A stretch of 64,000 nt of DNA from an uncultured Lentimicrobiaceae bacterium (GTDB taxonomy: Bacteria; Bacteroidota; Bacteroidia; Bacteroidales; F082): NCBI GenBank assembly GCA_964456625.1, contig CAYWBO010000003.1:8892-72891 (forward strand). The letters run 5' to 3'. Under the pieces are notes generated by a model. It was not told where the DNA came from. It did not search any database and saw only the letters and a list, made by a program, of their open reading frames with translations. The position numbers and the translations under genes are program-made. This document shows, piece after piece, positions 1 to 9,926 of this stretch (positions are counted from its first letter, which is position 1; every line of letters starts with the position of its first letter).

Positions 1-2
1 AT

Positions 3-926
3 TTTACAGAGCCCAAAAAAGACCGTTCTATTTTCGAGAAAGTTATCGATGATCAGAAAACTCAGGTGAAACATCTGGGTGACAGCCCCAGGATGGTATT
101 TTATGATTCTTTGTATCGTGTGGCAACCATGCATTCGCCGAGAGTGGTGATCATCCCGACGGTGGGCCAGCTCAACAACATCTGGCAATCGCAGATCTAT
201 CATGTATACAAAACCCAGTTCCAGAATCCTGCCGGATTTAAAGTCTTTTTGGTAGGAAATATTGACACGGTCAGACTGAAACCGTTGGTGGAAAAATATC
301 TGGCCAGTTTGCCTGTGAACGGTGATCCGTTGAAATGGAAAGATGTAAGTCTTGGTTTCCCGGAAGGGAAGACGAACGTTGAGGTTCGTAAGGGTTCGGC
401 ACCGCAAAGTATGGTCATGCTGATGATGAAAGGGAAATACCACTATGATTTCGAAAACAATCTGTTGATGGACGCCCTGACACAAACTCTGGATATAGAG
501 CTGCGCGAAGTAGTACGTGAGCAGGAAAGCGGCACCTACGGAATTTATATCAGCCCATCCGTAGAACAGTATCCCAGGCAGAAATATTCACTGAATTTAG
601 GCTTTGGATGTGCTCCCCAGAATGTGGATCGTCTGGTGAAGTCGGTGTTTGATGTCTTTGAGAAATTCCGTAAGGAGGGACCGGATGCATTAACGCTGAA
701 GAAAGTGAAAGAGACTTTCATCAGAACACGGCAGAGTGATGTCAGGGAGAATTCATTCTGGATGAACCAGATCGTGAACGCTCAATTTGAAGGAATTCCC
801 ATCAAAACACAGGGTGAATATGATGCTGCTGTCAACAGTATTACAATATCACAGATAAAAAAAGCGGCTAAAAAATACCTGACCATGGATCATTACGTTC
901 TGGGGGTATTAAAACCGCAGAAATAA
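3..926 (+). CDS. M16-family (insulinase/pitrilysin-like) zinc peptidase, C-terminal part; 5' end lies outside the window
   Basis: Frame 3 is open from the first bases of the window, with no stop before the GTG listed at 66, so the 286-aa track ORF is a truncated view. The sequence resembles the C-terminal non-catalytic half of M16 peptidases. The family call is from memory, not a search. Confidence 0.6.
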   Translation, partial: FTEPKKDRSIFEKVIDDQKTQVKHLGDSPRMVFYDSLYRVATMHSPRVVIIPTVGQLNNIWQSQIYHVYKTQFQNPAGFKVFLVGNIDTVRLKPLVEKYLASLPVNGDPLKWKDVSLGFPEGKTNVEVRKGSAPQSMVMLMMKGKYHYDFENNLLMDALTQTLDIELREVVREQESGTYGIYISPSVEQYPRQKYSLNLGFGCAPQNVDRLVKSVFDVFEKFRKEGPDALTLKKVKETFIRTRQSDVRENSFWMNQIVNAQFEGIPIKTQGEYDAAVNSITISQIKKAAKKYLTMDHYVLGVLKPQK

Positions 927-1183
927 AAGCTGCTTTTCACAAACGATTGAAAAGAGTGTTTCCTGTAATATTACACGATGGCACTCAGGTTTCGGTATGT
1001 AGGTTTATCGTGTCCGTGTGTCTGACTTTGTTTTTATGTAGCTTTGCCCACCTGTCGTGTTATGTGAGAATTTGAGATATTGCAGGGGGTTTAAAAACGG
1101 GGAACTAATTTTTTACCAAAAAATTTTCTTTCGTTAGGTTTATACGATTACATTAAAGGAAAACAGAATTAAAAACTAATTCA

Positions 1184-2278
1184 ATGAAACGTTTATTGAT
1201 AGCTACAGGTGGTGGAGATTGCCCGGGATTAAATGCTGTTATTCGTGCCGTTGTTCACAGGGCTTCTCAGGAACCGGATTGGGAAGTGCTTGGAAGCATT
1301 CAGGCCTTTAACGGTGTCCTCTCGGAGCCGACTGAAGTAGTTCGATTAGACATTAACAAAGTAAAGGGAATCCATTTTCAAGGGGGTACCATTATTGAAA
1401 CTACCAATAAAGGAGGCCCGTTTGCCTGGCCCATTAAAGATAAGGATGGAGAATGGTCTTATGTCGACCGCTCGGATGAAATGATCCGCAAACTACAGGT
1501 GATGCAGATTGATGCAGTGATCAGCATCGGCGGCGACGGTTCACAACAGATCTCAGAAATGTTGTACAAGAAAGGACTCAATATTATTGGGGTCCCCAAA
1601 ACCATTGACAACGACCTGTCCTCTACCGATTCTACTTTCGGATTCCAGACAGCAAATCAAATTGCTACCGAAGCAGTGGATAAGCTGGTGACTACGGCTG
1701 CCAGCCACAATCGGGTTTTTGTGCTGGAAGTCATGGGCCGTGAAGCCGGATGGATTGCTATGAATGCGGCTGTTGCCGGTGGCGCTGACGTTTGTCTGAT
1801 CCCTGAAATGCCTTATAATACTAATATTGTAAAGGAGGCCCTGGAAAAACGCTTTGTTCGCGACCGCGGTTTTGCTGTCGTAGTAATTTCAGAAGGAGCA
1901 AGGCCTAAAGGCGGAAAACTGGCAGTTCAGGAAAATGACGAGGTGGGGTATGCCAACCTCAGGCTGGGGGGGGCAGCCCGCAGACTGATAAATGACCTTA
2001 AAGAAGCCGGTTTTAAACATGATATGCGCGAAACCGTGTTGGGACACTTGCAAAGAGGTGGTGTTCCCATTGCTTACGACCGCGTACTGTCAGCACAATT
2101 TGGAGTGAAAGCTTTTGAGATGGCACTGGCCGGAGACTTTGGTAAAATGGTCTCTTATCAGCACCCCAAATTTGTAGCAGTTCCGCTGAAAGATGCGATT
2201 GCCAAACCCAATTTGGTTACCCCGAATAATGCTTTGGTAAAGACGTTAAAAGGATTGGGCATTTCAATGGGGGTTTAG
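1184..2278 (+). CDS. pfkA: 6-phosphofructokinase
   Basis: 364 aa. PFK motifs read directly: GGGDCPGLNAVIR, IGGDGS, PKTIDNDL, MGREAG. Confidence 0.9.
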   Translation: MKRLLIATGGGDCPGLNAVIRAVVHRASQEPDWEVLGSIQAFNGVLSEPTEVVRLDINKVKGIHFQGGTIIETTNKGGPFAWPIKDKDGEWSYVDRSDEMIRKLQVMQIDAVISIGGDGSQQISEMLYKKGLNIIGVPKTIDNDLSSTDSTFGFQTANQIATEAVDKLVTTAASHNRVFVLEVMGREAGWIAMNAAVAGGADVCLIPEMPYNTNIVKEALEKRFVRDRGFAVVVISEGARPKGGKLAVQENDEVGYANLRLGGAARRLINDLKEAGFKHDMRETVLGHLQRGGVPIAYDRVLSAQFGVKAFEMALAGDFGKMVSYQHPKFVAVPLKDAIAKPNLVTPNNALVKTLKGLGISMGV

Positions 2279-2321
2279 GCTTTTAGATTACACATTAACA
2301 ACTTTTGCTCATTGTTAATTG

Positions 2322-2351
2322 AAGCTCCGGAAATTTCTCCGGGGCTTTTTT
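2322..2351 (+). terminator. Rho-independent terminator after pfkA
   Basis: GC hairpin (agctccgga...tctccggggct) followed by a T-run. Confidence 0.6.
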
Positions 2352-2416
2352 GTTGTATGTGAATTGTCTGTTAAAAATGATTACATGATACATTATCTGT
2401 TATCTTTGCTGCCCTC

Positions 2417-3364
2417 ATGATGATGATGAACAATAATAGAATAAATGGCGGTCTCCTTTCGTGGGTTTTACTTGTCGGCCTGATGTTTATTTGGGGAAGC
2501 TCTTTTATTTTGATGAAAGAGGGACTCATTTATTTTACAGGGAAAGAAGTTGGCCTGATTCGTATCAGCATCGCCTTTCTGGTTCTGTTGCCATTTGCAA
2601 TAAAAAGATTAAGAACCATCAATAAAAAATATTTTCTCCTTTTGGCTTTTTCCGGCACGATTGGGAGTTTGATCCCGGCCATATTATTTGCTACTTCCGA
2701 AATGCGGATTGACAGTGCGCTGGCAGGAACTTTAAATTCATTAACGCCTTTGTTTACTTTGGTTATCGGTCTGCTTTTGTTTAAGCAGAAAACACACTGG
2801 TTTAATGTTGTGGGAGTTTTCATCGGGCTGGCAGGAGCTCTGGGACTTATTTTATCCAGTACAGATGGCAAAATGCAGGGCGATGTGTTTTATGCGTCAC
2901 TTGTTGTGTTGGCAACATTGCTTTACGGTGTCAATATTAATTTTGTGAAGCATTTCTTTAAAGGCATTACTGCCCTGGATATTACTGTGATGTCGTTTTT
3001 CTTTATCGGCATTCCGGTATTGATCTACACCTTGTTTTTTACGCCCGTCATTCACAAGTTGGCAACGCAACCCGAATCATGGAAAAGCCTGGGTTTTATT
3101 GCCATTTTAGCCATTGCAGGGACGGGGCTGGCATTGATTATTTATAATTATCTGATAAAACTTACAACGGCTGTTTTTGCATCGTCGGTTACCTACTTTA
3201 TTCCGGGTGTTGCCATTATGTGGGGGGTGCTGGATGGTGAAAAACTTTCCCCGTTCTTTTTTGTATGGTTTTTGGTAATTTTGACCGGAGTGTTCCTGGT
3301 CAATGCTAAATCTTTAACCAATATAAATTTAGCTTCGAAGATTATATTTTGGAAAAATAAATGA
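2417..3364 (+). CDS. EamA/DMT-superfamily permease
   Basis: 315 aa with about 10 hydrophobic segments in two similar halves, as in EamA-domain transporters. Confidence 0.8.
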   Translation: MMMMNNNRINGGLLSWVLLVGLMFIWGSSFILMKEGLIYFTGKEVGLIRISIAFLVLLPFAIKRLRTINKKYFLLLAFSGTIGSLIPAILFATSEMRIDSALAGTLNSLTPLFTLVIGLLLFKQKTHWFNVVGVFIGLAGALGLILSSTDGKMQGDVFYASLVVLATLLYGVNINFVKHFFKGITALDITVMSFFFIGIPVLIYTLFFTPVIHKLATQPESWKSLGFIAILAIAGTGLALIIYNYLIKLTTAVFASSVTYFIPGVAIMWGVLDGEKLSPFFFVWFLVILTGVFLVNAKSLTNINLASKIIFWKNK

Positions 3365-3393
3365 CAATACATTTGTTAGTAATATTTTTTTAG

Positions 3394-3401
3394 TATTTTT
3401 G
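3394..3401 (+). promoter_or_regulatory. Bacteroidota-type -7 promoter element (TATTTTTG) for rplU-rpmA
   Basis: Matches TAnnTTTG, 38 nt upstream of the rplU ATG. Confidence 0.45.
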
Positions 3402-3438
3402 CACCTCCAAAATTGACAGTATTTTAAAGATAAACAGG

Positions 3439-3750
3439 ATGTACGCAATAGTTGATATAGCCGGACAACAGTTTAAAGTAGAACAAGGTCAGGAGATTTT
3501 TGTTCACAGGCTGAGTGAAGAGGAAGGCGCAAATGTAAAATTTGACAAAGTTTTACTGATTGACCAGGATGGCAAAGTAAACGTCGGAACCCCGGTTGTA
3601 GAAGGGGCTAATGTGGACGTAAAGGTTTTGGAACACGTTCGTGGAGACAAAGTGAAAGTCTTCAAGAAAAAAAGAAGAAAAGGCTATCAGAAAGAAACTG
3701 GCCATCGTCAGGATCTGAGCAAAGTACTCATTGAGAAAATTACTTTTTAA
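3439..3750 (+). CDS. rplU: 50S ribosomal protein L21
   Basis: 103 aa starting MYAIVDIAGQQFKV, a typical L21 N-terminus, immediately upstream of L27. Confidence 0.95.
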   Translation: MYAIVDIAGQQFKVEQGQEIFVHRLSEEEGANVKFDKVLLIDQDGKVNVGTPVVEGANVDVKVLEHVRGDKVKVFKKKRRKGYQKETGHRQDLSKVLIEKITF

Positions 3751-3768
3751 CGCAAAAAATTTTAGAAA

Positions 3769-4038
3769 ATGGCTCACAAAAAAGGAATGGGTAGTTCCCA
3801 TAACGGACGCGAATCAGAAAGTAAAAGACTGGGTGTGAAAATTTATGGCGGACAAGCCGCTCAAGCCGGGAACATCATTATCAGACAAAGAGGGACAGTT
3901 CACCACCCGGGACTGAACGTTGGAATGGGAAAAGACCATACGCTGTTTGCCTTGGTTGACGGTGTTGTTGAATTCAGAAAGAGAAAAAACAACCGTTCCT
4001 ACGTTAGTGTTATTACTCCCGAAACAGAAGAAAAATAA
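3769..4038 (+). CDS. rpmA: 50S ribosomal protein L27
   Basis: 89 aa containing [10 protein letters not shown]...[10 protein letters not shown], the L27 signature. Confidence 0.95.
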   Translation: MAHKKGMGSSHNGRESESKRLGVKIYGGQAAQAGNIIIRQRGTVHHPGLNVGMGKDHTLFALVDGVVEFRKRKNNRSYVSVITPETEEK

Positions 4039-4065
4039 AGTACTATACTTCTCATATATATTAAG

Positions 4066-4095
4066 TCCGGCGCAGCCTTGTGCCGGATTTTTTTT
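4066..4095 (+). terminator. Rho-independent terminator after rpmA
   Basis: Hairpin tccggcgca/tgtgccgga followed by T8. Confidence 0.7.
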
Positions 4096-4292
4096 GTTTC
4101 CCCAAAGCGTTCTTTTCCAAAACGTGCCGGATTTTTTATGATTTGAAAATGAAACGCATTTTTCATTCAGAGGGTTTCCAAACCACTTTTAATCTGCCAA
4201 AGGCGGACAAGGATTTTATCCCCAGTGTCTTAAGGCCATGATTATTTCTTTTTGATTTACGACCTGTTTGCAACTCGATAGTCCATCTTTGC

Positions 4293-4300
4293 TATCTTTG
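4293..4300 (+). promoter_or_regulatory. -7 promoter element (TATCTTTG) for serS
   Basis: TAnnTTTG match 18 nt upstream of the serS ATG. Confidence 0.45.
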
Positions 4301-4317
4301 CGCAAAATCATTATTTC

Positions 4318-5589
4318 ATGCTTGAACTTCAGAGAATCAGGGAAAATAAAGACTACGTGATTGAACGGCTTGCCGTTAAGAATTTCGACGCCGCACCGTT
4401 GGTTGAAAAAATCATCGAACTGGACCAGGATCGCAGGGCCAAACAGAAGGAACTGGATGATCTTTTGGCAAAATCCAATCAGCTGGCCAAGGAAATTGGA
4501 CAGTATTTCAAATCCGGCGAAAAGGAAAAGGCAGAAGCTACCAAGAAAGAAACGGTAGTCTTGAAAGAGAAAACAAAATCACTGAGTGAGGATCTGGATC
4601 GCGTTGTTGTGGAATTGGATGCCGCGCTGATCGAACTTCCCAACCTGCCGCACGAATCGGTGGCTCCCGGCAAGGGAGAAGACGATAATGAGATTGTTTT
4701 TAGCGAGGGCAAGATTCCGGAATTGGCGAAAGACGCCATTCCCCACTGGGAACTGGCAGAGAAATATCAGATCATTGATTTTAACCTGGGTAGCAAGGTC
4801 ACCGGAGCCGGGTTTCCGTTTTATCGCGGAAAAGGTGCCCGTCTTCAGAGAGCGTTGATCAACTTTTTCCTGGACGAAGCGCTGGAGGCAGGTTATCTCG
4901 AATACCAGCCGCCGCTGCTGATCAATGAAGCTTCAGGTTACGGAACAGGACAGATCCCCGATAAGGAAGGACAGATGTATTATGTCGGTGTCGACAAATT
5001 GTATCTGATTCCCACGGCTGAAGTGCCCATCACTAACATTTACAGAAATGTCATGTTGAAAGAGGATGATTTTCCCATCAAAAATGTGGCTTATTCCAAC
5101 TGCTTTCGCCGTGAAGCTGGTTCCTACGGAAAAGATGTCCGCGGTTTGAACCGTCTGCACCAGTTTGACAAAGTGGAAATTGTGCAGATCCAGCATCCTG
5201 AAAAATCCTATGAGACGTTGGAAGCGATGAAAGAACATGTGGCCGGGTTGCTGCGAAAGCTGGAACTTCCTTTCAGGATCTTAAGACTTTGCGGTGGTGA
5301 CATCAGCTTTACTTCGGCGCTGACATTTGATTTTGAAGTTTATTCAGCAGCTCAGAAACGCTGGCTGGAAGTCAGTTCCGTATCCAATTTCGAAAGCTAT
5401 CAGAGCAACCGCATGAAGCTGCGCTTTAAAGATAATAACGGCAAAACTAATCTGGCACACACATTGAACGGAAGTGCCCTGGCATTACCGCGTGTGGTGG
5501 CTGCCTTGCTCGAAAACAATCAAACCGAAAAAGGCATCCGCATCCCGAAGGCCCTCCAAAACTATACGGGCTTCGAATATATCGATTAG
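4318..5589 (+). CDS. serS: Serine--tRNA ligase
   Basis: 423 aa with an N-terminal coiled-coil arm and a class II core (FRREAGS, GSALA motifs). Confidence 0.95.
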   Translation: MLELQRIRENKDYVIERLAVKNFDAAPLVEKIIELDQDRRAKQKELDDLLAKSNQLAKEIGQYFKSGEKEKAEATKKETVVLKEKTKSLSEDLDRVVVELDAALIELPNLPHESVAPGKGEDDNEIVFSEGKIPELAKDAIPHWELAEKYQIIDFNLGSKVTGAGFPFYRGKGARLQRALINFFLDEALEAGYLEYQPPLLINEASGYGTGQIPDKEGQMYYVGVDKLYLIPTAEVPITNIYRNVMLKEDDFPIKNVAYSNCFRREAGSYGKDVRGLNRLHQFDKVEIVQIQHPEKSYETLEAMKEHVAGLLRKLELPFRILRLCGGDISFTSALTFDFEVYSAAQKRWLEVSSVSNFESYQSNRMKLRFKDNNGKTNLAHTLNGSALALPRVVAALLENNQTEKGIRIPKALQNYTGFEYID

Positions 5590-5613
5590 GATCGCAGAAA
5601 CACAATCAATTCT

Positions 5614-6381
5614 ATGGTCAGGCCGAAAAAACATCTGGGGCAGCATTTTTTGACGGATAAAAACATCGCGAAAAAGATTACCCAATGTCTGAGTCCTGAA
5701 TATACTTCGGTTTGTGAGTTGGGTCCGGGAACCGGTGTGCTGACAGAAATCCTTTTGGAAAATCCTTCGATTGCTTCCCTTACATTGGTAGAGATCGACA
5801 CGGAATCCGTGGAATACCTTCATGAACATTTTCATGATGACAGGCTGCAGATTGTGGAAGCCAATTTTCTGAAAACGGATCTTCAGAGAATCATGAAACC
5901 TCCGTTTGCGCTGATCGGGAATTTCCCGTACAATATTTCCAGCCAGATATTTTTCAGGGTGATCGAATACCGGAACCTGATCCCGGAAGTGGTGGGCATG
6001 ATCCAAAAGGAAGTGGCAGAGCGTATTGTAGCCAAATCAGGAAATAAAACCTACGGAATTCTCAGCGTGTTGCTACAGGCATGGTTTGACATAGAATATT
6101 GTTTTACAGTCAACGAGACGGTGTTTTTTCCTCCTCCCAAAGTGAAATCAGCGGTCATCAAGCTGCGCCGCAATGCAACCGAAAATCTGGGTTGTGATGA
6201 AGCGATGTTTTTGAAAGTCGTAAAAGCGGGGTTTGGCCAAAGGAGGAAAACATTGCGAAATGCGCTCAAACCGCTAACCGGAGTTTTGGAAACAGATCAT
6301 GCTTTGTTGTGCCAAAGGGCCGAGCAACTTACCGTAAAGGATTTCGTCAGCCTGACCCGGTTTGTAGAAGCTGTTTTGTAA
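5614..6381 (+). CDS. rsmA: 16S rRNA (adenine1518/1519-N6)-dimethyltransferase
   Basis: 255 aa with KKHLGQHFL at the N-terminus, the SAM motif ELGPGTG, and NFPYNISS. Confidence 0.9.
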   Translation: MVRPKKHLGQHFLTDKNIAKKITQCLSPEYTSVCELGPGTGVLTEILLENPSIASLTLVEIDTESVEYLHEHFHDDRLQIVEANFLKTDLQRIMKPPFALIGNFPYNISSQIFFRVIEYRNLIPEVVGMIQKEVAERIVAKSGNKTYGILSVLLQAWFDIEYCFTVNETVFFPPPKVKSAVIKLRRNATENLGCDEAMFLKVVKAGFGQRRKTLRNALKPLTGVLETDHALLCQRAEQLTVKDFVSLTRFVEAVL

Positions 6382-6418
6382 TCCTGGTAATGGCTATATT
6401 TGTATTTCCGTAATTCGT

Positions 6419-8236
6419 TTGATCTTGAAAGAAGCACCCCCATCTGTAGCCGCTATTGTCAAAAGTCTTCCAGACAGACCGGGCGTTTATCGTTATTACG
6501 ATAAAAGCGGGAAGATCATTTACGTTGGAAAGGCAAAAAATCTTAAGAAACGGGTTTCAAGTTATTTCAACAAAGAGCACGACAGCGGAAAGCTTCGCGT
6601 GTTGGTGAAGAAGATAGCGGATATTCAGTTTATCGTTACCGAAACGGAACTGGACGCTTTGCTGCTGGAAAACAATCTTATCAAGAAATTCCAGCCGCGC
6701 TATAATGTGATGCTCAAGGATGACAAAACCTACCCGTGGCTTTGCATTAAAAAAGAGCCCTTTCCCAGGGTTTTTCCTACCCGGCACGTCATCAACGACG
6801 GATCGGAATATTTCGGGCCTTATGCGTCTGTGAAGATGATGAACACTTTGCTGGACATCATTCGCCAGCTGTATCCGTTACGGACCTGCTCTTTTAATCT
6901 CATCCGGAGGAACATCGAAAAGAAAAAATTCAAAGTCTGTCTTCAGTATCATATCGGGAATTGTCTTGGGCCCTGTGAGGATCTTCAGTCGGAAGAAGAT
7001 TATCTGGAAACACTGGATCAGGTACGCAATCTGATCAAAGGAAATCTGAACAAGGTGATCGATAACCTGAAGAAGATCATGAAGCAATATGCCAAAGATC
7101 TCCAGTTTGAGCGGGCGCAGCAGGTGAAGGAGAAGATAGAGATCCTTGAAAAATACAGAAGCAAATCCGTGATCGTGAACCCACGTATCAATAATGTGGA
7201 TGTAGTCTCTGTCCTGGACGGACAAACCGAGGCATACGTCAATTACCTGAAAGTGGTACAGGGCTCTGTGATGCAATCACATACGGTAGAGGTAAAGAAG
7301 AAGCTGGATGAAACACCCGAGGAAATCCTGTTGCTGGCTATGACGGATCTGCGGCAGCGTTTTGAAAGTACTTCCAAAGAGATCATCCTTCCGTTCAACG
7401 TGGCTTTCCCTTATGAAGATGTCAGGATCACGATACCGCAAAGGGGAGAGAAAAAGCAGCTGCTTGAACTCAGTCAGCGGAATGCGTGGTATTTTAAAAT
7501 GGAGCGGGCCAAGCAGCAGGAACTGGTGGATCCCGAGCGGCACAGCCGGCGGATACTGGAGCGCATGAAAACCGACCTGCGCATGAACGAACTCCCGGTC
7601 ACCATCGAGTGTTTTGATAATTCCAACTTCCAGGGCGCGTATCCGGTGGCTTCCATGGTGCAGTTTGTGAATGCCAAACCCATGAAAAAGGAATACCGCC
7701 ATTTTAACATCAAAACAGTGGAAGGACCCAACGATTTTGCCTCCATGGAAGAGATCATTATGCGGAGGTATGGTCGGTTGTTATCGGAGCAGAAAAGTCT
7801 TCCCAATCTGATCATCGTGGACGGTGGCAAAGGGCAGCTTAGTGCGGCGGTGAAAAGCCTGAAAGAATTGCGGCTGTACGGAAAGATCACCATCATTGGC
7901 ATTGCCAAGAAACTGGAAGAGCTTTATTATCCCAACGATCCGCTACCATTGTATCTTGATAAAAGGTCGGAAACGCTTCGGGTGATTCAGCAGCTGCGGG
8001 ATGAGGCGCATCGATTCGGGATTACCCATCACCGGAAAAGAAGAGACAAGGGGACCCTGAAAACAGAGTTGGATTCCATCAAAGGAATCGGCCCGGAGAC
8101 AGCAGAGAAACTTTTGCGGGAATTTAAATCTGTGAAAAAGATTAAAGAGCTGGACGAAGGCCCCTTAGCTCAGGTTGTGGGAAAGGCCAAGGCTTCAGTA
8201 ATCGTGAAATATTTTAAATCGGAAGAGCGTAAATAA
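6419..8236 (+). CDS. uvrC: Excinuclease ABC subunit C
   Basis: 605 aa with a GIY-YIG N-terminus (GVYRYYD...IYVGKAKNLKKR), a UVR domain and a C-terminal HhH. The start is TTG, 16 nt after a TATATTTG motif (6395-6402). Confidence 0.92.
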   Translation: MILKEAPPSVAAIVKSLPDRPGVYRYYDKSGKIIYVGKAKNLKKRVSSYFNKEHDSGKLRVLVKKIADIQFIVTETELDALLLENNLIKKFQPRYNVMLKDDKTYPWLCIKKEPFPRVFPTRHVINDGSEYFGPYASVKMMNTLLDIIRQLYPLRTCSFNLIRRNIEKKKFKVCLQYHIGNCLGPCEDLQSEEDYLETLDQVRNLIKGNLNKVIDNLKKIMKQYAKDLQFERAQQVKEKIEILEKYRSKSVIVNPRINNVDVVSVLDGQTEAYVNYLKVVQGSVMQSHTVEVKKKLDETPEEILLLAMTDLRQRFESTSKEIILPFNVAFPYEDVRITIPQRGEKKQLLELSQRNAWYFKMERAKQQELVDPERHSRRILERMKTDLRMNELPVTIECFDNSNFQGAYPVASMVQFVNAKPMKKEYRHFNIKTVEGPNDFASMEEIIMRRYGRLLSEQKSLPNLIIVDGGKGQLSAAVKSLKELRLYGKITIIGIAKKLEELYYPNDPLPLYLDKRSETLRVIQQLRDEAHRFGITHHRKRRDKGTLKTELDSIKGIGPETAEKLLREFKSVKKIKELDEGPLAQVVGKAKASVIVKYFKSEERK

Positions 8237-8264
8237 TTATCCTTTGCGTAACAATTAACGGCAC

Positions 8265-8292
8265 AAAAAGGCGCTTTCCAGGCGCCTTTTTT
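8265..8292. terminator. Bidirectional terminator between uvrC and the first TonB paralogue
   Basis: Stem ggcgc/gcgcc flanked by an A-run and a T-run. Confidence 0.7.
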
Positions 8293-8306
8293 GTAGGCTT
8301 TCAAAT

Positions 8307-8975
8307 TTATTGAAGTATAAATTTAACGGGGATATTAAAGAATACGCGCACCGGTTTTCCGCGTTGTTTGCCGGGAACCCACTTAGGCATACTTTTTACG
8401 ACCCGCATCGCTTCCTTGTCGCAACCGCCACCAATGCCACGGATAATTTCCACCTGGTCTATACTACCGTCCGGTTCTACTACGAATTTAACAAATACCG
8501 TTCCCTGAACCCCAATTTCTTTGGCCATTTCGGGATATTGAATGTGGGCAGAAAGATATTTCATCAGGGCAACTTCCCCACCTTTAAAATGAGGCATGTC
8601 TTCCACAACCTGGAAAATTGTTTTTTCCGGTACTTCCTCCTCTGTGGGTGAGGCGTAATTGGTCACGGGCGTACTCTGTGAAGCCCCTACATCAATATCA
8701 ATGTTTTCATTGATTTTCATGCTGTTGCTGACAATTTTGATTTGAGTCACCTGCTTGGGAGGTGGGGGTGGTAGTTTTTCTTTTTGTACCGTAACGGGTA
8801 CGCTTTCCTGAATGGTTTGCTGAGTTTTCTGCTGTAGCAGATTCAGGCTCTGCTTCTGATAACTCCTGGCATTAAAAGCAAAATAGACAACACCCAGGGC
8901 GAAAATAAGGCCAATTTCAAAGAAAATCGCCGTCTTGTTCTCCAAATCGCTTTTTGTTGTTTTTCTGGCTTTCAT
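8307..8975 (-). CDS. TonB-family energy transducer (paralogue 1)
   Basis: 222 aa with an N-terminal TM anchor, a Pro-rich linker (LPPPPPK) and a TonB C-terminal domain (YPEMAKEIGVQGTVFVKFVV...). Confidence 0.8.
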   Translation of the reverse strand: MKARKTTKSDLENKTAIFFEIGLIFALGVVYFAFNARSYQKQSLNLLQQKTQQTIQESVPVTVQKEKLPPPPPKQVTQIKIVSNSMKINENIDIDVGASQSTPVTNYASPTEEEVPEKTIFQVVEDMPHFKGGEVALMKYLSAHIQYPEMAKEIGVQGTVFVKFVVEPDGSIDQVEIIRGIGGGCDKEAMRVVKSMPKWVPGKQRGKPVRVFFNIPVKFILQ

Positions 8976-9136
8976 CTTCTTGTATTTGGTTTATACTCGG
9001 TTAATCTTAACTAAGATAGTTCATTTTCTGCATTATTTCAAGTGTTTTGGAGGTTTTTTTAAAAGACGGGGTGCCGAATTAAGCCAATGGGCATTTGGTT
9101 TGTTGAAGAATTCAGGGGTTAGGGGCGTATTCATAA

Positions 9137-9169
9137 CAAAAAAAGGCGCTTCGAAAAGCGCCTTTTTTT
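9137..9169. terminator. Bidirectional terminator between the TonB paralogues
   Basis: Stem ggcgctt-cgaa-aagcgcc flanked by an A-run and a T-run. It resembles the hairpin at 8265-8292. Confidence 0.7.
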
Positions 9170-9188
9170 ATTGTTTTATTACAAGATT

Positions 9189-9866
9189 TTATTCGAGTGT
9201 AAATTTCACAGGAAGGTTGAAAGATACACGAACCGGTTTCCCGCGTTGTTTACCGGGAATCCATTTCGGCATACTTTTTACAACCCGGACAGCTTCTTCG
9301 TCGCAACCGCCACCAATACCACGGAGAACCTTCACATGGTCGATTTGTCCGTTGGGCTCAACTACGAAGTTGATAAATACACGTCCCTGAATTCCGCTTT
9401 CCTTTGCCAAAGCAGGATATTGAATATGAGTAGCAAGAAACTTCATCAAAGCACCCATTCCACCAGGGAACTGAGGCATGTCTTCAACGACTACGAAAAT
9501 TTGCTGTTGCTGAACATCTTCGTCTTCAACAGGCGGAGTATATTTAGCAACGGCGGTGTTCATATTAGCACTTACGTCAATATCAACGTTATCGTTGACT
9601 TTTACATCATTACTAACGATCTTAATTTGCGTTACTTGTTTCGGCGGAGGTGGCGGAGGTGGCAGTTTTTGTTTTTGTTCTGTGATAGGAACTAATTCTT
9701 CAGTGTTATGCTGCACCTGTTGCTTAAACGTAGCTGCAGATCGCTTTTCATAACTTTTTGCATTTAAGGAGATATAGACGAGCGCCATGGCAATCACAAG
9801 GCCAATCTCGAAAAAGATCGCTTTTTTGCTCTCCAAATCCCCTTTCGCTGTTTTTCTGGATTCCAT
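9189..9866 (-). CDS. TonB-family energy transducer (paralogue 2)
   Basis: 225 aa, collinear with the 8307-8975 product, sharing KQVTQIKIVSN, RGIGGGCD, VVKSMPKW and PGKQRGKPVRV. Confidence 0.8.
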   Translation of the reverse strand: MESRKTAKGDLESKKAIFFEIGLVIAMALVYISLNAKSYEKRSAATFKQQVQHNTEELVPITEQKQKLPPPPPPPKQVTQIKIVSNDVKVNDNVDIDVSANMNTAVAKYTPPVEDEDVQQQQIFVVVEDMPQFPGGMGALMKFLATHIQYPALAKESGIQGRVFINFVVEPNGQIDHVKVLRGIGGGCDEEAVRVVKSMPKWIPGKQRGKPVRVSFNLPVKFTLE

Positions 9867-9926
9867 CTTAATTTATTTATGTTCAAATTTTCCGCAGCTA
9901 AAATAGTTAATTTATCTTTCACTACT

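Noticed and set aside
8935-9695. Plus-strand ORFs of 151 and 174 aa
   Set aside because: They are antisense to, or span the terminator between, the TonB paralogues, and the two overlap each other. No motifs were found.
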